Shown in pieces: positions 40,367-54,601 of a stretch of DNA of 64,000 nt. Source of the stretch: the human T2T-CHM13v2.0 reference genome, Homo sapiens; assembly GCF_009914755.1 (NCBI RefSeq), contig NC_060948.1. The stretch is one strand, 5' to 3'. Under the pieces are notes generated by a model, which was not told the origin of the DNA, did not search any database, and worked only from the letters and a program-made list of their open reading frames with translations. The stretch's first letter is position 1. The number at the start of each line of letters is the position of its first letter. The translations under genes were made by a program, and so were the position numbers.

Positions 40367-43300
40367 CCTGGAATAAAGTGGAATGCTACGGTCTCGAATG
40401 GAATAAAAATGTATGGAATGGAATGCAATGAAACGGAATCGAATGTCATAGAATGTAATGGAATGCAACAAAATGGAATCCAAAATCATTGACTGGAAAG
40501 GCTGGGTGTCGAAAGGAATTGACTCCAATGGAATGGAATCGAATGGAATGGAAGTGAATAGAATCGAACTAAATCGAATGGAATGGAATTGATAGGAACG
40601 GAATGGAAAGGAATGCAATGATTTGGCATGGAATGGAATCGAATGGCATCGAATGGAATGGAATGGAATGCAATGGAATGGAATGTATTAGAATGTAATG
40701 AACTTTAATGGAATGTACTCGAATGGATTCGACTGGAATGGAATGTTCTGGAAGTGAATGAACTCCAATGGAATGGATTCAAAAGGAATGGAATCGTACG
40801 GAATGGAATCTAATGGAATGGAATTAAATGGAAATGAATCAAATTGAATAGCACGGAATTGAATTGAATGAAATGGAATGCAATGGAATCTAATGAAACG
40901 GAAAGGAAAGGAATGGAATGGAATGGAATGGGCTGGAATGGAAAGGAATCGAAACGAATGGAATGGAATCGAACTGAAGAGACTGGAATGGAATGCACTG
41001 GAATGGAAGGGAGTGTAATGGAAGGTTCTCGAAAAAAATGGAATCGAATGGAATGGAATTGAATGGAACGGAATAGAGTCGAATGGAATTGAATGGAATG
41101 GAATGGACTAGAGTGAAATGGAATCGAACCACAAGGAATGGACAGGAATAGAATGGTCTCGAATTGAATGGAATCGTATGGAATGGCATCAAACGGAATG
41201 GAATGGACAGCCACGGAATGGAATGCACTCGAATGCAATGGAGTCGAAACTAATGGACTGGAATAGAATGGACTCGACTGGTACGGACTCCAATGGAATG
41301 GAATCGAATGGAAGGGAATCGAACGGAATGGACTCGAAGGGAAAAGACTGCAATGGAAAGGTCTCGAATGGAATGGAAATTAATGGAATGGAATGGAATC
41401 GAATGAAATGGAGTCAAAAGGAATGGAATCGAATGGCAAGAAATCGAATGTAATGGAATCGCAAGGAATTGATGTGAACGGAACGGAATGGAATGGAATC
41501 CAAAGGAATGGAATAGAATGGAATGGAATCGAATGGAAAGGACTCGAATGGAAATCACTCGAATAGAATGCAATTTAATAAAATAGGATCAAATGTAATG
41601 GAATGGAATGGAAAGGAATCGAAACGAAAGGAATGGAGACAGATGGAATGGAATAGAACAGAGAGCAATGGTATAGAATGGAATGGAATCATCTGGAATG
41701 GAATTGAATGGAATGGAATAATATGAAATGGAATGGAATGGAATGGAATGGAATGCCCTTGAATTAAATGGACTGGAATGGAATGGACTCGAACAGAGTG
41801 GAATGGAAAGTGTTGAGATAGAATGGAATGGACTCCTTTGGAATGGTGTAGTATGCAATGCAATCGACTGGCAGGGAATCAAAAGGAATGTAATGGAATG
41901 GATTGGACTGGAATGCAATGGACTCGAATAGATTGGAAACGGAATGCAAAGGAATGGAATGGAATAGTATGGAATGGAATGGAAAGGAATGGAGTGGAAT
42001 AGACTAGAGTGGAATGGAATGGACTGGAAAGCAATGGACTGGAATGGAACTTTCTTGAATGGACTGGAATCAAACGGAATGGAATGCAATGCAATCAAAT
42101 GGCATGGAATAAAATAGAATGAAAGAGAATCAAATGGAATTGAATCGAATGGAATCGAATGGATTGGAAAGGAATAGAATGGAATGGAATGGAATTGACT
42201 CAAATGGAATGGACTAGAATGGAATGGATTCGAATGGAAGGCAAAGGAATGGAATCTATTGGAATGGACTGTAATGGAATGGAATGGAAGGGATTGGAAT
42301 GGACTCGAATGGAATGGACTGCAATAGAAAGGATTCGAATGGAATGAAAAAGAATTGAATGGAATAGAACAGAATGGAATCAAATCGAATGAAATGGAAT
42401 GGAATAGAAAGGAATGGAATGAAATGGAATGGAAAGGATTCGAATGGAATGCAATCGAATGGAATGGAATCGAACGGAATGGAATAAAATGGAAGAAAAC
42501 TGGCAAGAAATGGAATCGAAATGAATGGAGTGTTATGGAACGGACTCAAAAGGAATTGAATGTAATAGAATGGAGTGGAGTGGACTCGAATATAATGGAC
42601 TGGAATGGAATGAAATCACATGGAATGGGAACGAATGGAATGGAATGGAAAGGAATGGAATCGAATGGAAAGGAATCGAATGGAAGGGAATGAAATTGAA
42701 TCAACAGGAATGGAAGGGAATAGAATAGACGGTAATGGAATGGACTCGAATAGAATGGACACGAATGCTGAAATTGAATGGACTCGAATGGAATGGAAAC
42801 GAAAGGAATGTCATCGAATGGAATTGAATCGATTGGAATGAAATCGCATAGAATGGAGTGGAATCAAATGGAATTGAATCGAAAGGAAAGGAAGCGAATG
42901 GACTGAAATGAAATGGAATGGAATTGAATGGAAAGTAATGCAATGGAATAGAATGGAACGAAATTTCACGGAATGGAATCAAACTGAATGGAATCAAATC
43001 AATGGAATCAAATCAAATGGAATGGAAAGGAATTGAATGGAGTAGATTGGATTGGATGGGATTGGAATGAAATGTACTGGAAAGGACTCGAATTTCATGA
43101 AACGGAATGGAATGAATTGGAACGGAACGGACTCGAATGGAATGGAATGTCATGGAATGGCATCAAATGGAATGGCATCAAATGGAATGGAATCGAATGC
43201 AATGGAATGCTATGGAATGGAATGGAATGCATTGGAATGGAATGTCCTCTAATGGAATGGATTCGAGTGGAATGGAATCGAATATAATGGAGTCGAATGA

Positions 43301-43935
43301 AATGGAATTGAAAGGAATGGGATCGAATACAATGGAATATACTGGAATGTAATGTAATGAACTCGAATGTAATTGACTGGAATGGAATGTACATGAATGG
43401 AATGTAATCGAATGGAAAGTAATCCAATGGAATAGAATCTAATGCAATAAAATCGACTCAGATAGAGTAGAATGTAATGTAATGGAGTGCAGTGCAATGG
43501 AATGGAATGGAATGGAATGCAATGGAATGGAATGGAATGGAATGGAATGGAATGGAATGGAATGGAATGGAATGGAATGGTGTGGAATGGATAGTAATGG
43601 ACTGGAGTGAAATGGACTGGAAAGGAATGGACTCAAATTGAAAGGGCTCGAAAGGAATGGAGTCAAATGGAATGGTCTGGAATGGAATGAACACGAATGT
43701 AATGCAATCCAATAGAATGGAATCGAATGGCATGGAATATAAAGAAATGGAATCGAAGAGAATGGAAACAAATGGAATGGAATTGAGTGGAATGGAATTG
43801 AATGGAATGGGAACGAATGGAGTGAAATTGTATGCAGTAGAAGAGAATAGAATGGAATGCAAGCGAAAGGAAAGGAATGGATTGGAATGGAATGGAATTC
43901 ATTGGAATGGAAGGGAATGTAGTGTAATGGACAGG
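40367..43935 (-). repeat. DYZ1 unit 12 (3569 bp)
   Basis: HaeIII-to-HaeIII. Confidence 0.9.
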
Positions 43936-46900
43936 CCTGGAATAAAGTGGAATGCTACGGTTTCGAATGGAATAAAAATGTATGGAATGGAATGCAATGA
44001 AACGGAATCGAATGTCATAGAATGTAATGGAATGCAAGAAAATGGAATCCAAAATCATTGACTGGAAAGGCTGGGTGTCGAAAGGAATTGACTCCAATGG
44101 AATGGAGTCGAATGGAATGGAAGTGAATAGAATCGAACTAAATCGAATGGAATGGAATTGATTGGAACGGAATGGAAAGGAATGCAATGATTTGGCATGG
44201 AATGGAATCGAATGGCATCGAATGGAATGGAATGGAATGCAATGGAATGGAATGTATTAGAATGTAATGAACTTTAATGGAATGTACTCGAGTGGATTCG
44301 ACTGGAATGGAATGTTCTGGAAGTGAATGGACTCCAATGGAATGGATTCAAAAGGAATGGAATCGTACGGAATGGAATCTAATGGAATGGAATTAAATGG
44401 AAATGAATCAAATTGAATAGCACGGAATTGAATTGAATGGAATGGAATGCAATGGAATCTAATGAAACGGAAAGGAAAGGAATGGAATGGAATGGAATGG
44501 GCTGGAATGGAAAGGAATCGAAACGAATGGAATGGAATCGAACTGAAGAGACTGGAATGGAATGCACTGGAATGGAAGGGAGTGTAATGGAAGGTTCTCG
44601 AAAAACATGGAATCGAATGGAATGGAATTGAATGGAACGGAATAGAGTCGAATGGAATTGAATGGAATGGAATGGACTAGAGTGAAATGGAATCGAACCA
44701 CAAGGAATGGACAGGAATAGAATGGTCTCGAATTGAATGGAATCGTATGGAATGGCATCAAACGGAATGGAATGGACAGCCACGGAATGGAATGCACTCG
44801 AATGCAATGGAGTCGAAACTAATGGACTGGAATAGAATGGACTCGACTGGCACGGACTCCAATGGAATGGAATCGAATGGAAGGGAATCGAACGGAATGG
44901 ACTCGAAGGGAAAAGACTGCAATGGAAAGGTCTCGAATGGAATGGAAATTAATGGAATGGAATGGAATCGAATGAAATGGAGTCAAAAGGAATGGAATCG
45001 AATGGCAAGAAATCGAATGTAATGGAATCGCAAGGAATTGATGTGAACGGAACGGAATGGAATGGAATCCAAAGGAATGGAATAGAATGGAATGGAATCG
45101 AATGGAAAGGACTCGAATGGAAATCAATCGAATAGAATGCAATTTAATAAAATAGGATCAAATGTAATGGAATGGAATGGAAAGGAATCGAAACGAAAGG
45201 AATGGAGACAGATGGAATGGAATGGAACAGAGAGCAATGGTATAGAATGGAATGGAATCATCTGGAATGGAATTGAATGGAATGGAATAATATGAAATGG
45301 AATGGAATGGAATGGAATGGAATGCCCTTGAATTAAATGGACTGGAATGGAATGGACTCGAACAGAGTGGAATGGAAAGTGTTGAGATAGAATGGAATGG
45401 ACTCCTTTGGAATGGTGTAGTATGCAATGCAATCGACTGGCAGGGAATCAAAAGGAATGTAATCGAATGGATTGGACTGGAATGCAATGGACTCGAATAG
45501 ATTGGAAACGGAATGCAAAGGAATGGAATGGAATAGTATGGAATGGAATGGAAAGGAATGGAGTGGAATAGACTAGAGTGGAATGGAAAGGACTGGAAAG
45601 CAATGGACTGGAATGGAACTTTCTTGAATGGACTGGAATCAAACGGAATGGAATGCAATGCAATCAAATGGCATGGAATAAAATAGAATGAAAGAGAATC
45701 AAATGGAATTGAATCGAATGGAATCGAATGGATTGGAAAGGAATAGAATGGAATGGAATGGAATTGACTCAAATGGAATGGACTAGAATGGAATGGATTC
45801 GAATGGAAGGCAAAGGAATGGAATCTATTGGAATGGACTGTAATGGAATGGAATGGAAGGGATTGGAATGAACTCGAATGGAATGGACTGCAATAGAAAG
45901 GATTCGAATGGAATGAAAAAGAATTGAATGGAATAGAACAGAATGGAATCAAATCGAATGAAATGGAATGGAATAGAAAGGAATGGAATGAAATGGAATG
46001 GAAAGGATTCGAATGGAATGCAATCGAATGGAATGGAATCGAACGGAATGGAATAAAATGGAAGAAAACTGGCAAGAAATGGAATCGAAATGAATGGAGT
46101 GTTATGGAACGGACTCAAAAGGAATTGAATGTAATAGAATGGAGTGGAGTGGACTCGAATATAATGGACTGGAATGGAATGAAATCACATGGAATGGGAA
46201 CGAATGGAATGGAATGGAAAGGAATGGAATCGAATGGAAAGGAATCGAATGGAAGGGAATGAAATTGAATCAACAGGAATGGAAGGGAATAGAATAGACG
46301 GTAATGGAATGGACTCGAATAGAATGGACACGAATGCTGAAATTGAATGGACTCGAATGGAATGGAAACGAAAGGAATGTCATCGAATGGAATTGAATCG
46401 ATTGGAATGAAATCGCATAGAATGGAGTGGAATAAAATGGAATTGAATCGAAAGGAAAGGAAGCGAATGGACTGAAATGAAATGGAATGGAATTGAATGG
46501 AAAGTAATGCAATGGAATAGAATGGAACGAAATTTCACGGAATGGAATCAAACTGAATGGAATCAAATCAATGGAATCCAATCAAATGGAATGGAGTAGA
46601 TTGCATTGGATGGGATTGGAATGAAATGTACTGGAAAGGACTCGAATTTCATGAAACGGAATGGAATGAATTGGAACGGAATGGACTCGAATGGAATGGA
46701 ATGTCAGGGAATGGCATCAAATGGAATGGCATCAAATGGAATGGAATCGAATGCAATGGAATGTTATGGAATGGAATGGAATGCATTGGAATGGAATGTC
46801 CTCTAATGGAATGGATTCGAGTGGAATGGAATCGAATATAATGGAGTCGAATGAAATGGAATTGAAAGGAATGGGATCGAATAGAATGGAATATACTGGA

Positions 46901-47489
46901 ATGTAATGTAATGAACTCGAATGTAATTGACTGGAATGGAATGTACATGAATGGAAGGTAATCGAATGGAAAGTAATCCAATGGAATAGAATCTAATGCA
47001 ATAAAACCGACTCAGATAGAGTAGAATGTAATGGAATGGAGTGCAGTGCAATGGAATGGAATGGAATGGAATGCAATGGAATGGAATGGAATGGAATGGA
47101 ATGGAATGGAATGGAATGGAATGGGATGGAATGGTATGGAATGGATAGTAATGGACTGGAGTGAAATGGACTGGAAAGGAATGGACTCAAATTGAAAGGG
47201 CTCGAAAGGAATGGAGTCAAATGGAATGGTCTGGAATGGAATGAACACGAATGTAATGCATTCCAATAGAATGGAATCGAATGGCATGGAATATAAAGAA
47301 ATGGATTCGAAGAGAATGGAAACAAATGGAATGGAATTGAATGGAATGGAATTGAATGGAATGGGAACGAATGGAGTGAAATTGTATGCAGTAGAAGGGA
47401 ATAGAATGGAATGCAAGCGAAAGGAAAGGAATGGATTGGAATGGAATGGAATTCATTGGAATGGAAGGGAATGTAGTGTAATGGACAGG
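43936..47489 (-). repeat. DYZ1 unit 13 (3554 bp)
   Basis: HaeIII-to-HaeIII; XhoI variant at 44287; 15-bp deletion near 46590. Confidence 0.9.
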
Positions 47490-50400
47490 CCTGGAATAAA
47501 GTGGAATGCTACGGTCTCGAATGGAATAAAAATGTATGGAATGGAATGCAATGAAACGGAATCGAATGTCATAGAATGTAATGGAATGCAACAAAATGGA
47601 ATCCAAAATCATTGACTGGAAAGGCTGGGTGTCGAAAGGAATTGACTCCAATGGAATGGAATCGAATGGAATGGAAGTGAATAGAATCGAACTAAATCGA
47701 ATGGAATGGAATTGATAGGAACGGAATGGAAAGGAATGCAATGATTTGGCATGGAATGGAATCGAATGGCATCGAATGGAATGGAATGGAATGCAATGGA
47801 ATGGAATGTATTAGAATGTAATGAACTTTAATGGAATGTACTGGAATGGATTCGACTGGAATGGAATGTTCTGGAAGTGAATGGACTCCAATGGAATGGA
47901 TTCAAAAGGAATGGAATCGTACGGAATGGAATCTAATGGAATGGAATTAAATGGAAATGAATCAAATTGAATAGCACGGAATTGAATTGAATGGAATGGA
48001 ATGCAATGGAATCTAATGAAACGGAAAGGAAAGGAATGGAATGGAATGGAATGGGCTGGAATGGAAAGGAATCGAAACGAATGGAATGGAATCGAACTGA
48101 AGAGACTGGAATGGAATGCACTGGAATGGAAGGGAGTGTAATGGAAGGTTCTCGAAAAAAATGGAATCGAATGGAATGCAATTGAATGGAACGGAATAGA
48201 GTCGAATGCAATTGAATGGAATGGAATGGACTAGAGTGAAATGGAATCGAACCACAAGGAATGGAGAGGAATAGAATGGTCTCGAATTGAATGGAATCGT
48301 ATGGAATGGCATCAAACGGAATGGAATGGACAGCCACGGAATGGAATGCACTCGAATGCAATGGAGTCGAAACTAATGGACTGGAATAGAATGGACTCGA
48401 CTGGTACGGACTCCAATGGAATGGAATCGAATGGAAGGGAATCGAACGGAATGGACTCGAAGGGAAAAGACTGCAATGGAAAGGTCTCGAATGGAATGGA
48501 AATTAATGGAATGGAATGGAATCGAATGAAATGGAGTCAAAAGGAATGGAATCGAATGGCAAGAAATCGAATGTAATGGAATCGCGAGGAATTGATGTGA
48601 ACGGAACGGAATGGAATGGAATCCAAAGGAATGGAATAGAATGGAATGGAATCGAATGGAAAGGACTCGAATGGAAATCACTCGAATAGAATGCAATTTA
48701 ATAAAATAGGATCAAATGTAATGGAATGGAATGGAAAGGAATCGAAACGAAAGGAATGGAGACAGATGGAATGGAATAGAACAGAGAGCAATGGTATAGA
48801 ATGGAATGGAATCATCTGGAATGGAATTGAATGGAATGGAATAATATGAAATGGAATGGAATGGAATGGAATGGAATGCCCTTGAATTAAATGGACTGGA
48901 ATGGAATGGACTCGAACAGAGTGGAATGGAAAGTGTTGAGATAGAATGGAATGGACTCCTTTGGAATGGTGTAGTATGCAATGCAATCGACTGGCAGGGA
49001 ATCAAAAGGAATATAATCGAATGGATTGGACTGGAATGCAATGGACTCGAATAGATTGGAAACGGAATGCAAAGGAATGGAATGGAATAGTATGGAATGG
49101 AATGGAAAGGAATGGAGTGGAATAGACTAGAGTGGAATGGAATGGACTGGAAAGTAATGGACTGGAATGGAATTTTCTTGAATGGACTGGAATCAAACGG
49201 AATGGAATGCAATGCAATCAAATGGCATGGAATAAAATAGAATGAAAGAGAATCAAATGGAATTGAATCGAATGGAATCGAATGGATTGGAAAGGAATAG
49301 AATGGAATGGAATGGAATTGACTCAAATGGAATGGACTAGAATGGAATGGATTCGAATGGAAGGCAAAGGAATGGAATCTATTGGAATGGACTGTAATGG
49401 AATGGAATGGAAGGGATTGGAAAGGACTCAAATGGAATTGACTGCAATAGAAAGGATTCGAATGGAATGAAAAAGAATTGAATGGAATAGAACAGAATGG
49501 AATCAAATCGAATGAAATGGAATGGAATAGAAAGGAATGGAATGAAATGGAATGGAAAGGATTCGAATGGAATGCAATCGAATGGAATGGAATCGAACGG
49601 AATGGAATAAAATGGAAGAAAACTGGCAAGAAATGGAATCGAAATGAATGGAGTGTTATGGAACGGACTCAAAAGGAATTGAATGTAATAGAATGGAGTG
49701 GAGTGGACTCGAATATAATGGACTGGAATGGAATGAAATCACATGGAATGGGAACGAATGGAATGGAATGGAAAGGAATGGAATCGAATGGAAGGGAATG
49801 AAATTGAATCAACAGGAATGGAAGGGAATAGAATAGACGGTAATGGAATGGACTCGAATAGAATGGACACGAATGCTCAAATTGAATGGACTCGAATGGA
49901 ATGGAAACGAAAGGAATGTCATCGAATGGAATTGAATCGATTGGAATGAAATCGCATAGAATGGAGTGGAATCAAATGGAATTGAATCGAAAGGAAAGGA
50001 AGCGAATGGACTGAAATGAAATGGAATGGAATTGAATGGAAAGTAATGCAATGGAATAGAATGGAACGAAATTTCACGGAATGGAATCAAACTGAATGGA
50101 ATCAAATCAATGGAATCCAATCAAATGGAATGGAGTAGACTGGATTGGATGGGATTGGAATGAAATGTACTGGAAAGGACTCGAATTTCATGAAACGGAA
50201 TGGAATGAATTGGAACGGAATGGACTCGAATGGAATGGAATGTCATAGAATGGCATCAAATGGAATGACATCAAATGGAATGGAATCGAATGCAATGGAA
50301 TGCTATGGAATGGAATGGAATGCATTGGAATGGAATGTCCTCTAATGGAATGGATTCGAGTGGAATGGAATCGAATATAATGGAGTCGAATGAAATGGAA

Positions 50401-51033
50401 TTGAAAGGAATGGGATCGAATACAATGGAATATACTGGAATGTAATGTAATGAACTCGAATGTAATTGACTGGAATGGAATGTACATGAGTGGAATGTAA
50501 TCGAATGGAAAGTAATCAAATAGAATAGAATCTAATGCAATAAAATCGACACAGATAGAGTAGAATGTAATGGAATGGAGTGCAGTGCAATGGAATGGAA
50601 TGGAATGGAATGCAATTGAATGGAATGGAATTGAATGGAATGGAATGGAATGGAATGGCATGGAATGGGATGGAATGGTATGGAATGGATAGTAATGGAC
50701 TGGAGTGAAATGGACTGGAAAGGAATGGACTCAAATTGAAAGGGCTCGAAAGGAATGGAGTCAAATGGAATGGTCTGGAATGGAATGAACACGAATGTAA
50801 TGCAATCCAATAGAATGGAATCGAATGGCATGGAATATAAAGAAATGGAATCGAAGAGAATGGAAACAAATGGAATGGAATTGAATGGAATGGAATTGAA
50901 TGGAATGGGAACGAATGGAGTGAAATTGTATGCAGTAGAAGGGAATAGAATGGAATGCAAGCGAAAGGAAAGGAATGGATTGCAATGGAATGGAATTCAT
51001 TGGAATGGAAGGGAATGTAGTGTAATGGACAGG
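47490..51033 (-). repeat. DYZ1 unit 14 (3544 bp)
   Basis: HaeIII-to-HaeIII; 15-bp deletions near 49790 and 50130. Confidence 0.9.
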
Positions 51034-54000
51034 CCTGGAATAAAGTGGAATGCTACGGTCTCGAATGGAATAAAAATGTATGGAATAGAATGCAATGAAA
51101 AGGAATCGAATGTCATAGAATGTAATGGAATGCAAAAAAATGGAATCCAAAATCATTGAATGGAAAGGCTGGGTGTCGAAAGGAATTGACTGCAATGGAA
51201 TGGAATCGAATGGAATGGAAGTGAATAGAATCGAACTAAATCGAATGGAATGGAATTGATGGGAACGGAATGGAAAGGAATGCAATGATTTGGCATGGAA
51301 TGGAATCGAATGGCATCGAATGGAATGGAATGGAATGCAATGGAATGGAATGTATTAGAATGTAATGAACATTAATGGAATGTACTCGAATGGATTCGAC
51401 TGGAATGGAATGTTCTGGAATTGAATGGACTCCAATGGAATGGATTCGAAAGGAATGGAATCGAACGGAATGGAATCTAATGGAATGGAATTAAATGGAA
51501 ATGAATCAAATTGAATAGCACGGAATTGAATTGAATGGAATCGAATGCAATGGAATCTAATGAAACGGAAAGGAAAGAATGGAATGGAATAGAATGGGCT
51601 GGAATGGAAAGGAATCGAAACGAATGGAATGGAATCGAACTGAAGAGACTGGAATGGAATGCACTGGAATGGAAGGGAGTGTAATGGAAGGTTCTCGAAA
51701 AAAATGGAATCGAATGGAATGGAATTGAATGGAACGGAATAGAGTCGAATGGAATTGAATGGAATGGAATGGACTAGAGTGAAATGGAATCGAACCACAA
51801 GGAATGGACAGGAATAGAATGGTCTCGAATTGAATGGAATCGTATGGAATGGCATCAAACGGAATGGAATGGACAGCCACGGAATGGAATGCACTCGAAT
51901 GCAATGGAGTCGAAACTAATGGACTGGAATAGAATGGACTCGACTGGTACGGACTCCAATGGAATGGAATCGAATGGAAGGGAATCGAACGGAATGGACT
52001 TGAAGGGAAAAGACTGCAATGGAAAGGTCTCGAATGGAATGGAAATTAATGGAATGGAATGGAATCGAATGAAATGGAGTCAAAAGGAATGGAATCGAAT
52101 GGCAAGAAATCGAATGTAATGGAATCGCAAGGAATTGATGTGAACGGAACGGAATGGAATGGAATCCAAAGGAATGGAATAGAATGGAATGGAATCGAAT
52201 GGAAAGGACTCGAATGGAAATCACTTGAATAGAATGCAATTTAATAAAATAGGATCAAATGTAATAGAATGGAATGGAAAGGAATCGAAACGGAAGGAAT
52301 GGAGACAGATGGAATTGAATGGAACAGAGAGCAATGGTATAGAATGGAATGGAATCATCTGGAATGGAATTGAATGGAATGGAATAATATGAAATGGAAT
52401 GGAATGGAATGGAATGGAATGGAATGCCCTTGAATTAAATGGACTGGACTCGAACAGAGTGGAATGGAAAGTGTTGAGATAGAATGGAATGGACTCGTTT
52501 GGAATGGTGTAGTATGCAATGCAATCGACTGGCAGGGAATCAAAAGCAATGTAATGGAATGGATTGGACTGGAATGCAATGGACTCGAATAGATTGGAAA
52601 CGGAATGCAAAGGAATGGAATGGAATAGTATGGAATGCAATTGGAGGGAATGGAGTGGAATAGACTAGAGTGGAATGGAATGGACTGGAAAGCAATGGAC
52701 TGCAATGGAACTTTCTTGGATGGACTGGAATCAAACGGAATGGAATGCAATGCAATCAAATGGCATGGAATAAAATAGAATGAAAGAGAATCAAATGGAA
52801 TTGAATCGAATGGAATCGAATGGATTGGAAAGGAATAGAATGGAATGGAATGGAATTGACTCAAATGGAATGGACTAGAATGGAATGGATTCGAATGGAA
52901 GGCAAAGGAATGGAATCTATTGGAATGGACTGTAATGGAATGGAATGGAAGGGATTGGAATGGACTCGAATGGAATGGACTGCAATAGAAAGGATTCGAA
53001 TGGAATGAAAAAGAATTGAATGGAATAGAACAGAATGGAATCAAATCGAATGAAATGGAATGGAATAGAAAGGAATGGAATGAAATGGAATGGAAAGGAT
53101 TCGAATGGAATGCAATCGAATGGAATGGAATCGAACGGAATGGAATAAAATGGAAGAAAACTGGCAAGAAATGGAATCGAAATGAATGGAGTGTTATGGA
53201 ACGGACTCAAAAGGAATTGAATGTAATAGAATGGAGTGGAGTGGACTCGAATATAATGGACTGGAATGGAATGAAATCACATGGAATGGGAACGAATGGA
53301 ATGGAATGGAAAGGAATGGAATCGAATGGAAAGGAATCGAATGGAAGGGAATGAAATTGAATCAACAGGAATGGGAGGGAATAGAATAGACTGTAATGGA
53401 ATGGACTCGAATAGAATGGACACGAATTCTCAAATTGAATGGACTCGAATGGAATGGAAACGAAAGGAATGTCATCGAATGGAATTGAATCGATTGGAAT
53501 GAAATCGCATAGAATGGAGTGGAATCAAATGGAATTGAATCGAAAGGAAAGGAAGCGAATGGACTGAAATGAAATGGAATGGAATTGAATGGAAAGTAAT
53601 GCAATGGAATAGAATGGAACGAAATTTCACGGAATGGAATCAAACTGAATGGAATCAAATCAATGGAATCAAATCAAATGGAATGGAAAGGAATTGAATG
53701 GAGTAGATGGGATTGGATGGGATTGGAATGAAATGTACTGGAAAGGACTCGAATTTCATGAAACGGAATGGAATGAATTGGAATGGAATGGACTCGAATG
53801 GAATGGAATGTCATGGAATGGCATCAAATGGAATGGCATCAAATGGAATGGAATCGAATGCCATGGAATGCTATGGAATGGAATGGAATGCATTGGAATG
53901 GAATGTCCTCTAATGGAAGGGATTCGAGTGGAATGGAATCGAATATAATGGAGTCGAATGAAATGGAATTGAAAGGAATGGGATCGAATACAATGGAATA

Positions 54001-54601
54001 TACTGGAATGTAACGTAATGAACTCGAATGTAATTGACTGGAATGGAATGTACATGAATGGAATGTAATCGAATGTAAAGTAATCCAATGGAATAGAATC
54101 TAATGCAATAAAATCGACTCAGATAGAGTAGAATGTAATGGAATGGAGTGCAGTGCAATGGAATGGAATGGAATGGAATGCAATGGAATGGAATGGAATG
54201 GAATGGAATGGAATGGAATGGAATGGAATGGAATGGGATGGAATGGTATGGAATGGATAGTAATGGACTGGAGTGAAATGGACTGGAAAGGAATGGACTC
54301 AAATTGAAAGGTCTCGAAAGGAATGGAGTCAAATGGAATGGTCTGGAATGGAATGAACACGAATGTAATGCAATCCAATAGAATGGAATCGAATGGCATG
54401 GAATATAAAGAAATGGAATCGAAGAGAATGGAAACAAATGGAATGGAATTGAATGGAATGGAATTGAATGGAATGTGAACGAATGGAGTGAAATTGTATG
54501 CAGTAGAATAGAATAGAATGGAATGCAAGCGAAAGGAAAGGAATGGATTGGAATGGAATGGAATTCATTGGAATGGAAGGGAATGTAGTGTAATGGACAG
54601 G
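51034..54601 (-). repeat. DYZ1 unit 15 (3568 bp)
   Basis: HaeIII-to-HaeIII; 1-bp deletion near 51577; many private substitutions. Confidence 0.9.
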
